From Gonapodya sp. JEL0774 (lineage: Eukaryota): a stretch of DNA of 35,481 nt. The stretch is from NCBI GenBank assembly GCA_027604505.1, contig JADIIX010000185.1:1-35481 (forward strand). The letters run 5' to 3'. Below the pieces are notes generated by a model. The model had not been told where the DNA came from and searched no databases. It worked only from the letters and a program-made list of their open reading frames with translations. A program made the translations under genes and the position numbers. This document shows positions 25,002 to 35,481 of the stretch, piece by piece (the first letter of the stretch is position 1; each line of letters opens with the position of its first letter).

Positions 25002-26166
25002 ATGCCCCTCATGTCGCTGATGGACCGACTGCCAACTGACGAACGTGCACTTTTTAATGGTAGCGTGAAAGGGTTCTACTATGTGGGGATCGCCGTATTC
25101 CTCGTATTGCAATTTTTGCAAGCTCCCTTTGGTGAGTGGTGGAAGCGATCTCCCATCCGTGAACGGTCCGATTCACTCGTTCGTCTCCTGATAATCTTGA
25201 AATTGCGCGATCGTCCTGTGTCCAGGTCGATTCGTCCACAACGACACACTCAAATCGTTGTGGGGACCCCGATTGAACGGCCGGATTGCGTGGGCGATCC
25301 AGGAAACCGTGCCCCTCGTCGTGTTTCCTCTTATCGCATTGCGGCCGGCGACAGTGGCGGATGCCGTTGGGAAGCTGGTGTGTCACAGGAGACTCGAGTT
25401 TGCAATTTTGGCCGTTTTCAATTTATACGGACGGACACTTAAAACAGCGCACGGTCTCGCCCCTCCTGAATCCCGTCACCATGGTTCTGTCGCTCATGTA
25501 TTGGGGCCATTACATCCACCGGGGGATCATCTTTCCCTTGAACTCACCTGGTTCGAGTCCCAGCAACCTCTTTGTGATGTCCTCGGCCGCTTTTCACAAT
25601 GTTGTGATGGGTGCGTTGATTTTGAAGAATGTTTTCGCATGTCACTCTCGATTGTATATGACCGATTCGTGTGCTTTGTTCGCGACTTAAATCCGTCGAT
25701 CTCCACAGCGTACATCCAGGCGCGAGGAATCACCATCTTTGGGGACACCATTTACGCCAACCCCCGCGCTTTCTTCGATCCCAGAACCAACCCTACCTTC
25801 TTCCTTGGTCTCTTTCTCTACATAGTGGGCATCGTTAGCAACATCACATCTGACTATCACCTCTTTCACCTCCGGCGCAACCCCCCGCCGGGCCAAACTG
25901 TCACTACTGCTTCTGGATCGAAGTACTCCATTCCAACCGCGGGCCTACACCGATACCTGGCCGCACCTGGCTATGTAACGGAGATTCTGCAGTGGACCGG
26001 TTACGCTATCGCGACAGGGGGACACGCTTGGGGTTGGTCCTTCCCCTTCTTTACGGCAATGAACTTGGTGCCGAGGGCGGTGGCCACAGACAAGTGGTAT
26101 AAAGACACGTTTGGTGCTCGGTATGAGAAGATGGGGAAATGGAAGTTGCTTCCGTTTGTATATTGA
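25002..26166 (+). CDS. 3-oxo-5-alpha-steroid 4-dehydrogenase (SRD5A/DET2 family)
   Basis: APFG|RF, LNGRIAWAIQE, HYIHRGIIFP, NITSDYHLFHLR, YSIPTAGLHRYLAAPGYVTEILQWTGYAIA and NLVPRAVATDKWYKDTF. Confidence 0.92.
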
Positions 26167-26625
26167 ATGTGTTCGAACACACTCCTCATTCTGCATTTGT
26201 TGCGTTGTACGTACTCCAACGATTTTGAACATCGGATCATATGTACCGATTGCGTAAGACTTTAATACCATGTATGAGGGCAGATCTGTCTTCCGTGTAC
26301 CAACTTATTATACATACTGATCCATTTTACTTATTGCATCAGATTCCGTTACTGCCGAAGGATTTAACGCGCCATACCCGCAAATCCAAAATTTCAATCC
26401 GATTCTCTTCAATACGCCGATTTTATGACCGCATCGTTAACTTCTCACTCGGCTTCCTCGGGTAGCAGCAACCGTTCATCCTCTATCTCCACGGTTGTTC
26501 CCAACCGACCACCTTTTCAAGAGATGTTGCACTCCGAGGTTCAGGTGAATTCTTCGAGTCGGACATTTCAGTGTTTTTCTGGCTATACGGTGCTTCTACT
26601 TAGAAATTGATCGACCTGGATGTTC

Positions 26626-28602
26626 ATGGTTTCGATGTATCCCACCATGTTTCAACCAACCCGTCCAAGTAGTTCCCGTTTATTCAAACCACCAAGTCCT
26701 CTACAAACGGCAACGTTAATGGAAACGGTGTTTCGCATTCTGTCGCTCACACCACAGCGGTGACCCCAGGAAAAGCGAGCATAGAAGACACGTCGGTGTT
26801 GCCACAGGTTGCCCGGTTCCAAACGTACCTGCGTATCAACACCGCACAGCCTAAACCTGACTATGATTCGGCTACTGCATGGTTCAAGACCCAGGCTGAG
26901 GAAATTGGACTCGATTTCCGAACTTACGATGTGAGTTTCATTGAAGCGCTCTTCCGCGCCTATCCCTGCACACATTCAACATTCTGCACCTGAATATTCA
27001 CCAGTGCGTTCCGGGCAAGACCTTCTCCATCCTCACTTTTCACGGCACCGATCCCACACTCCCGACCCTCTTCCTTAACTCCCACATTGACGTGGTTCCG
27101 GTAGACGAACAGTACTGGACTGTACCCCCCTTTGCCGCAGTGCGAAGACCCAACGGTGACATTGTGGCTCGTGGTGCTCAAGATATGAAAGTTGTTGGTG
27201 TGCAGTAAGTATGCTACCTAAACTCTTGCAGCAGTGTGCATCTCCCTGCGACTGAATTCTCGATGGCTGCTGTCTCGGTATCTCACGACCTCTCCCCCCC
27301 AGATACCTCGAATCAATCCGAATTCTCAAATCCCGGGGATGGGTGCCTCGTCGCACCATCCACGTTTGTTTCACACCTGACGAAGAAATCGGGGGCGTGG
27401 AAGGGATGGGCCCCTTTGTCAAGTCCGAATTCTTCAAACAACTCAACGTGGGCTTCGGGCTAGATGAGGGAATTTCAAACCCAGGGGATGTGATCACGGT
27501 GTTTTATGCCGAGAGGACTGGATGGTCAGTTTTCAGTCGGAGAATGACTGTTGTTCCACCTTGAACTAACGGTATCGATATCGTGCGTCTCTGTCTCGGG
27601 TCAGCCATACTCTCATCTCGACACACGGTAACACCGGCCATGGCTCGCAATTCATTTCCGACTCTGGCACGGAAAAGCTACTCCGCATTATCGCCAAGTT
27701 CAACGAGTTCAGGGCCCAGGAGGAGACCCGATTAAAGGTTGGTACTTTCAACGCCTCTTGTTTCAGTATTGCACAACACCTGCCATCAGCCAAAATCAGT
27801 AACGCCGTGACCTTTCGGGAAGACATCCGCCCATCCGGATGGCTCCCCTCTAGCGCTTGGCGACGTTACCACTCCCAACCTTGTTCTCCTCAAATGCGGT
27901 AACGCCCCCAATATTGTTCCCGGTGATGTGAGTTCGTCACTTCTGCACTCTACCATGATTGTCTTGTGGTAAATGAACCCCACACCTTCTCCATCTCGCT
28001 CCACACGTCCAGGCCCAAGCCCTCTACGATATCCGCGTCTCTCCTCGGACCGACTATTACGCCTTCCGCGCTCAACTAGAGTCCTGGGCCGCCTCCGAAC
28101 CCGGAGTGCATCTTACCTTCTACGGCCAACCTACCGTAGCCCCTCTTCCCGACCTCGACGCTCCCCCGTACGATGTTTACTGGCGCGTTTTGCAAGACGT
28201 AGCCGGAAAGAGGGGAGTGGCGCTAGAGCCGCGGATATTCCCCGCCGGGAGCGACGCGAGGTTTGTGAGACAGGTGGGGATTCCCGCACTGGGTGTGTCT
28301 TATTTGAAGAACACGCCAGTGCTGTTGCATGATCATGACGAATATGTGAATGAGAAGGTGCGTGGTGTTGATTGGTTCAGATTCGTTAGTGATCGCCTCA
28401 TGCCATTTTTTGTTTCCCCCGCCACTTCATCGTATCCCCTTAACGCGCTGTGCTGACCATCTGCTCACATTTGTACGCTCTGCTTACATTGTCCGATCCA
28501 TGCGCTATCGCACTCTCGTACCTTTCCTCGTACCACACTCAGTTGTTCCTCGAGGGTATTGACTTCTATGTTGATCTCTTGCCACGTCTCGTGGAGATAT
28601 AA
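26626..28602 (+). CDS. ACY1: Aminoacylase-1 (peptidase M20A family), multi-exon
   Basis: RFQTYLRINTAQPKPDY, LNSHIDVVPV, ARGAQDMK, FTPDEEIGG, LDEGISNP, GNTGHGSQF, IFPAGSDARFVR, LLHDHDEYVNE. The start is inferred as ATG|intron 26629-26696. Confidence 0.95.
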
Positions 28603-29339
28603 GGTGTATGAATGCTAAATCAACAATAAACAAACAAGTGCAGAAGGAGGCTGGGCAGAGAATTTGAGTTGATGGAGCCTGAGAAACGGTGGTCAAGCTT
28701 GGAACACCCTCTCACTGTGGCGGTTTGTTGGCCCCTGTGGAGTGGTGACAACTCCGGGAGGAGGGTTGAGTTATTAGACTTGTGATGTGGAGGAGTGGGC
28801 AAGTGGGTTTGTACTGAGGCTTTCGACGTTGACTTTTTCATAGGAGCAGATTTCACGGGCGTATAGTTTTAGAGGTCACATCTGAGAGGGCCATTGTATC
28901 CCGCAAAAATCAAAATATGTACACTAGGTACGCATATCACGCGTGTCTGGGTCGTTGGGCACAAGGGCAGAGTATCTAGGCGGCATGTTTCCAGATTCGG
29001 AAAGGCACAGGCGTGGCAAGACCGTCACTCTATCCAGGTGCGCAACTACAGAATTCATGTGAACATGAACGCAATCTCTCTAGCTGGCCCGCACGAGCAC
29101 ACACGGAGGAGATACACAGCACACATGGTTTGATGGCTTGTTTGATGGATGGATGCTTGATTACTTTTGTCCCACGGAGGTGCGACACAACTTCGTTCAA
29201 CCAAAGTTTACTACTACTGTAAAAATAGCACGGTATTCCATATCAGTGTCTTGAGATTTCCTCATTACGCAACCAGGATCATTCACGAGCTGAGCCATCC
29301 ACCAGCAGCCCACTTGAGATCTCAGAACCGTACCCGGTT

Positions 29340-30419
29340 TCATCGTGTGGTCATCGCGGACCCCTGTTGCGGTCCAAACACGACTTTCATTTCGCCGAGA
29401 CAGACCAAGAAACTGGAATCGCTCTCGTTCCCGTTCGCATCCGCTCCTTCCGCGCCAGCGCGGGCACGAACCAGCTTTGAAAAATATTTGCGCACGTGGT
29501 CGTTCGCCGCTTCGTCCACTTTGATGGTGTGGGTGGTGAAGGAGAGGTGTGATATGTGGGGTGGGAGTGTTGGTGTTACGGGAGGGCGAGGGCGAAGGCG
29601 AGCGTGAGGAAGTGGTGCAGTGAGGGGCTCGCCTTTGGTGGCGGTAGACGGGGTAGGAAGGGGTTGAGGGCGGGATTGGAATGGGGAAGGCGAGGACGGA
29701 TCGGAATTGGGAGCAGGGGGAATACTGGGATTGGTGGTGGCGGTCGAGGAAGGTGTAGTGGATATGTCGTTTGAACTAATGGTACCGGCCATTTTGGCGC
29801 TCGTACTGGCTTTGACGCCCGACGGGTGCGATCCGGGACGAGCGGAAGGCACTGCAGAGTTCTGATGTCGATCGGCACCCCACCCAGAGTCCATGAAATC
29901 GTCGTCACTTTCCCAGTTCTCACGAGATGTACCGTGCACCAAGGCTTGACCCAGAACGTCGTCTTCAACATTTTCTTCTTGATCCTCGAGGTCTTCGTCT
30001 TGGTCCTCGATGATGTCTTGATCCTGCTCGACCCACTCTCCCACGTCCGTCGTGAGCTCGACGGCGTCCCCGACGTCAGTGTTCCGAGCGACATTTGTGA
30101 CGGTCCAAGTTCCACCGCGATAATCTGTGACCTGCACGTCGTAAAACACCGGGGCTTCCCGTGGTGTCGGTGCCATACAAGGGTGCAAACGTGGCGGGTT
30201 CCGAGCGGGAGTGCCCAGCACGCCGAGGTGGCGTGGGAAGAGGGTGTGGGTGGGCTGGGGGATAAAATGAGCCTGGAACCAATCACGTGACGGAAGAGCG
30301 CTTCTGGCGGTCTGCAAGCCGGAATCCGGGAGAGATGGAATAGGCTGATCCGTTTCCAGTTTAGCCTCCACTATTGCTATATGTCCACTTCCGCTGAGTG
30401 CGATGGAGTGCGGTCGCAT
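29340..30419 (-). CDS. Intronless hypothetical protein (359 aa) with acidic and Pro/Ser-rich central region
   Basis: Long ATG-initiated ORF with the acidic tract EQDQDIIEDQDEDLEDQEENVEDD and folded-looking ends; no family was confidently recognised. Confidence 0.65.
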   Translation of the reverse strand: MRPHSIALSGSGHIAIVEAKLETDQPIPSLPDSGLQTARSALPSRDWFQAHFIPQPTHTLFPRHLGVLGTPARNPPRLHPCMAPTPREAPVFYDVQVTDYRGGTWTVTNVARNTDVGDAVELTTDVGEWVEQDQDIIEDQDEDLEDQEENVEDDVLGQALVHGTSRENWESDDDFMDSGWGADRHQNSAVPSARPGSHPSGVKASTSAKMAGTISSNDISTTPSSTATTNPSIPPAPNSDPSSPSPFQSRPQPLPTPSTATKGEPLTAPLPHARLRPRPPVTPTLPPHISHLSFTTHTIKVDEAANDHVRKYFSKLVRARAGAEGADANGNESDSSFLVCLGEMKVVFGPQQGSAMTTR

Positions 30420-30793
30420 TGGCGGCAGAGGTCGACGTGGGTGAAAAAGTTGCTGGGAGAATTTGAAACTTCAAGCAGGCCCACACGGACAACCACAGCA
30501 TGTCCGAGCTTCGCATCGTGATTTCCCTGCAAAAAATGTGAGGAAATTAGTTTCAATTTGCATGCTTACGTATGATTTGGCAATACCTAGCGGGAATACA
30601 TAAATATTACAGTTGGACAATTTTGCGAATCTCGGGAATGCCTGATGATCATCGGGGACCCCAACCCTCTATGAGCAGAAAGTCTTGAGTCTTTCAACAT
30701 AATTGCACGAGCCATGAATAAACGAGCTTAGATACATCTGCGCCGATCCAAAATTTTAAGCCTTGTCGCTTCAGAATTGAAAGCGGTGGAATG

Positions 30794-30846
30794 TTTCACC
30801 TCTGAAAATCGGAGGTCCGGCGAACCCCTTATTTTCAGAGGTGAAA
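30794..30846. repeat. Perfect 16-bp inverted repeat with 21-nt spacer
   Basis: tttcacctctgaaaat (30794-30809) and attttcagaggtgaaa (30831-30846). Confidence 0.9.
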
Positions 30847-31379
30847 TCGTTTAGCGTCGCTACAAGCGCCATTCTGACAAATGACCGCGCAAACCCAGTC
30901 TGTGAAAGCTTGCTCTAGCGTTTTGTGGCTTATACGAGAGCCGCTCATTGTACCGGCCAACTGCTTCAACGCAGGCGCTCATCAGAGTTCGCAACCATCG
31001 CACCACGGACCAAATCAGTATGTTCATTGAATACTCTTGTGAAGCATTTGCACAGGTCAAACTCAAGGACTCGCCGCAGTGGCCGGCTTGAGAATGCAAG
31101 CTACATATACGTGCTCGTGTGTAACAATTTGATTTCGGCGGAGCTCGCTTACGAGCGAAAATGAAACAGAATCGTCGTCATCCCATGAATGCACTGGAAT
31201 ACCGACCACTCTTGGTGTGTGCTCCACTTTTCCAAACAGATGACGCAACAGATCTGATCAGGTGCATCCTTTCTACACAATATCCACATCTTGCAACGCC
31301 GGACCTCACGGACAGAAGCTCCGATCAACTACTGCAACATAACATGGCATTCTGGTGTATGCTAATCTAATGCCGCATT

Positions 31380-34300
31380 CTAAATGTGGCCGGAAATGGG
31401 CTTCGGCGCATAACTCTCCTCCAAGTACTTGACTAGAATCGTATGCGTAAGAAGTGTGATGAGACGAAATCTCAACAGATACACGGAGCCAAAGCCAGAC
31501 AAGGTGGCTCCCAAAAAAAGTACTCACTGTCAGCCCCACTCAGTTTCAAATCGATCGCCCCCACCAAATCGTCAATATACTTGGTCTTGGACACTCCAAC
31601 GATAGGCGACGTAACGAATGGTTTAGAATACCTGAAGTGTCACCACACGGAAATACATCAAACGCCGAGCCACCAAATAGACGGAAAAAATGCAAATGGA
31701 ACGAGGACATCAATAAACATCATATAGTATGCCTTTACGAACAGACAACGCCCGGACAGAACACAGAACACTCACACCCATGCCAACGCCACCTGAGACG
31801 GAGTCGCCTTGATTCTCCCCGCAACTTCGATGCACCGGTCCACAATCTGGTCTTCAAAGGTCTTTGTCGGTGCAGGGGCAGGATCAACGTGAGATGAAAA
31901 CGGTACGGGTTTCGACATCAAGTCTATTCATAGATGTCCGTTTCGGCAAATGAACGGCCTGCCGGTCGGTATGGACACCTACCTTGGCCATCCTTCTGAT
32001 CATGGGGTCAGTACCTTGGCGCACAGAGTTGCGGTTCTTGCCCGTAAGCATCCCGCGAGCTAGTGGGGACCAAGGAATCCTAACGGGTGAACAGGAATTC
32101 GTGGGTGATATCGAGTGCCGGGTACAATGGTGCGGGGTGAGGCAAGATGTGATCAAAGGGAGAGTTAGTGCACGCTACGGTGCGGAGTACCCGAGCAACT
32201 AGGTCTCTGTGCATTCCCAACTCTGTCAAGGAGGGTTTAGAGGATGACGCACATGCCAACTCCTTGGTCTTGAAGGAGCTGTGTGGACCCAATGCGGTTG
32301 TCACAGATTCAATGTTGAAAGTCACCGGTGAGCACCAGTTAGTTCGTGCTGGCAATGAGTGTCTTTGGTCTCGAGGGATAACGCACCGGGATCATTTCAC
32401 GTTCTCTGAAAGTAGAAACAAGGGCGGTGGGTTGAGTGCGGTTGGAGAGTGGGAGGTTTCATTGATGCGGAAGATGGGGAGAAGGTGAGGTTTGGACAAA
32501 CATCAGTCAAATCACAAGCTGCCAACCCTCGAAATTGACTCACTCCTCTCTACCATCGTTGCAAGCAACCGCACGTTACGGCAGGGAGGCACAAGGAACG
32601 ACGCGTATTGAGTGCGAAATTGAGGGTGAAGAATGGTATTTAATGCAAGTGTAATGCAATGGATCTTAAAAAGCACTGACCGGTACACTAAGTTTGAATC
32701 ACGATTCGAGTTGAAGATGACAAGAGAATTTTTGTTGTGTTACGTCAGGAGTGATTGTCATTCATCAGATGAGATGGAGGGTCCGATTGGTCAGAATACT
32801 CACACTACACATTTGGTTCATACAAATGCGGCGACATCGTGAGAGTGTTCGAAAACATGGAACAAGGGCGGGAGAAATTTCACAGACAGCAGTCATGGGT
32901 CGGGAGGACGGGGGTTTCAAAAACAGGCAAAACAGACACACGCCACTCATGAAAAGCAACACCCTAGCCGGTGACTGGTAGCATTTGGGGATCACGAAAC
33001 TCACCCTGAAAGTTGGTGGGGTCATGGGTAGGAATAGAAAACAAGTGAGGTGTTATGACAATCGTGTGCAAATAGCAGAGGCGGCAACCGAGAGCTGAAA
33101 TTCTCAGATCACCTGAAACTCACACTGAAAGGTTCCGAAGTCATTGCAATGTCGTGTTTTTAATATGTTGAGAGTACCAATTAGTGACCAACGATATCAG
33201 GTAGTAATGATAAAATAATGGGGTTTGGAGGCCCAGACCGATTACCATACACAACGATGATGATGTACTTTCTGACGATATAGTACTCACGCTGTTATTT
33301 GTGTGAACAGAGGTGAGAGCATGTTGTAGGTCACCGAAAAAGGTTGCGAAATTGGTGGCATGAGTATGTGAATTGGAGCAGTGAACACCGTTGTCGCTAC
33401 TACCACATGTTCTCACGTTATAGAAGTTTTGCTGCAAGCGAGCCCATGTCAGAGGAGGTGAAAACCAGAGATTTAAGGTCATCAGGTTCAAGTTTCCATA
33501 GAACTTAGTTCACTGGGACCCACCATGGACACAAATGGAGTCCATCCGTTCAGCTTGGCGGTGTACTGGGCCTTGGAAAATTGCCAAGCGTACATCGAGG
33601 AGGCACCAAGGTATCGGACTTTGCCGGCCTACGTGTTCCGTAAATTGCATTAAACGGTTTCGGGTGAACCCAAAGTGAGACCAATGTGTAAATTTGAGAG
33701 AGAGAGTAAGGCAAGGGTAAACCATAGTGGGAGAATGAATGAAAAAACGTACCCGCACGAGGTCGTCCAACGCACGCATAGTTTCGTCGATGGGAGTTTG
33801 TGAGTCATACCTAAAAGTACACGTATGAAAAACAAAACAGAGCAGAAAGTTAGGTCGAACGCATTTCATGCCACACCAAAAAGTTACGCAAAATCCTTGT
33901 CATCCCGATTGATCCCGAGAGTTTATTTTCATGTCCCCACTCACAGGGTTGCCACTCACCTATGAATCTGGTACAGGTCGATATAGTCCGTGCCGAGACG
34001 CTTGAGGGAGCCTTCGACTTCCTTTTTGCGTGTTCGTTTGGTTGTTGGCGGTGAGAAGCACCGTTAATCCAGAACCATTCAAAGGAAGAATGTCAAATGT
34101 GAACACGCACTTGCATGATACACTGGTGAAGGCAAGTCATAAAAAAGTGAAATGCGATTGCGACCTTAAGGATTTATCAGTAACTCAATCACACCTTTCG
34201 GGAAAGTCCGCCCCTGTTGATGTCAACCACGCCAGGCCTGGCAGAACTGCTAAGGCTACGATATCCAATATCTGGCGGTTCGGAGTTGATAGTTGGAGAG

Positions 34301-35315
34301 AAGGATGATGCACTTTGTTAGATCTTTGCGTCAGGCATCACAACTACCTTCAGGGTATGTGGAGGAGAAGACCTTGGCGCAACGATATTCAATAATCACA
34401 TCAACATCAACGACACAAACAGATTTATGATGGGGGGTTTCCAGTTGCAGAGCGTACCTTGGTCGCGATAACAACTCGATCGCGAGGGATGCTGTACTTC
34501 TTCAGCGCGTTACCCGTGATGGTCTCCGACACGCCGTTAGAGTACACATTTGCAGTGTCCCCTGAGGATTCGGAGATTGTACATCAGAAGATGGAATAAC
34601 GGAGGTATGCGCGGTGAGTTGTGTATGTGGATAGACAGCCGCGCCATTCTCATCCTGCAGAGTATGAGCCACACGTACAAAAATTGATTCCACTGTCCCA
34701 CTGCATTTTGAGGAAGAATCGTAATTCAATGTTCGAGTCTCTGAGTAACGCCAATCGCAGAGAAGAAACACTCACAGCGTACTTGATAACCGGAAGAGCT
34801 TCTTCTTCCTCTATAACCCTTTTACAAGAAGTACCGAGGGTAAACCCCAAGATTTCCTTTCCGTGAAACGCTAGAATTCAACAAACCACTCAGCCCAGCG
34901 CTTGTCTGATTGTGAAATATTAAGTATTGAGACTTCGTCGTTCATAACTTGGCCATCGAGTACATACCTCCATAAGACATCATGCCCAGACATAATCTTC
35001 AGAGAGTGGGGGGCATTCTGATTCTGAATATGTCACAAGGATAGCTTCCAACCAATCGATTACCTTGAAACCTTTGGTGGAAGCAAAACGGATTTGGTCG
35101 CCGGTCAACACTGCATCACCGATCGACTGTGAATTGCCTCACGCAGCTCACCTGAAGGCCGGTTTTGCCCAGTCTCACGCTTCGTGATTCGTTGGGGAGA
35201 CGGGATCGGAAGTTGTTCCAGCCGACAAGACATGGAATAGTCGGCCTCCAGACGTTGGGGTCATCACTCACTATTTCATTTTGGCGAGATTTTCGGCAGC
35301 AGAGAGTTCGGCCAT
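31380..35315 (-). CDS. Aldo-keto reductase (aryl-alcohol dehydrogenase-like), 27 exons including four 1-nt exons
   Basis: Spliced product [146 protein letters not shown]. The catalytic D/Y/K/H residues are present and all introns are GT-AG. Confidence 0.95.
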
Positions 35316-35428
35316 CGTGCGGAATTGATTGACTCAGTTGAACTGTGAAGTTATTGCGTCTCTGAGAATTTTTGTGGTGGAACGGTTGGGGATGGGGTGC
35401 GGATGCGTCTGGAAACCTGGGTCCCAAG

Positions 35429-35467
35429 TTAAGTGACCTTAAGTGCCATTAAGTGCCACGGTCACTT
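35429..35467. promoter_or_regulatory. Candidate upstream element of the AKR gene: three 10-bp direct repeats plus an inverted copy
   Basis: ttaagtgacc ttaagtgcca ttaagtgcca (35429-35458), with aagtgacc inverted as ggtcactt (35460-35467), about 115-150 bp upstream of ATG 35315. The repeats are seen directly; the function is inferred from position only. Confidence 0.4.
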
Positions 35468-35481
35468 CACAACACTTGAAT

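Noticed and set aside
30860..31370. Short ORFs downstream of the AKR gene
   Set aside because: No motifs or consistent splice structure; compatible with chance ORFs in UTR or intergenic DNA.
32280..33416. AKR as a pseudogene or as interrupted by a 1.1-kb insertion
   Set aside because: No terminal repeats or transposase were seen, and the missing 12 residues are fully recovered from microexons with canonical splice sites.

Overview
Intron-rich eukaryotic DNA with short GT-AG introns, most likely from a flagellated (zoosporic, chytrid-type) fungus; this is inferred from the fungal-style genes plus a CCDC57-like centriole gene. The left half is a locally expanded cluster of secreted HEXXH zinc-metalloprotease-like genes (three apparently coding paralogs plus one decayed copy) interleaved with NAXE and TRAPPC12. 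The right half holds DUF3632, CCDC57-like, steroid 5-alpha-reductase, aminoacylase-1, an orphan ORF and an aldo-keto reductase. The stand-out signal is in the aldo-keto reductase. Its conserved motif QNFYNLLYREEEREMIP is recovered by splicing four consecutive ONE-nucleotide exons (C, T, G, T), each in a YAG|N|GTGAGT context, followed by 7-, 6- and 19-nt microexons. All gene models were spliced by hand and family calls rest on recalled motifs; no database searches were run.
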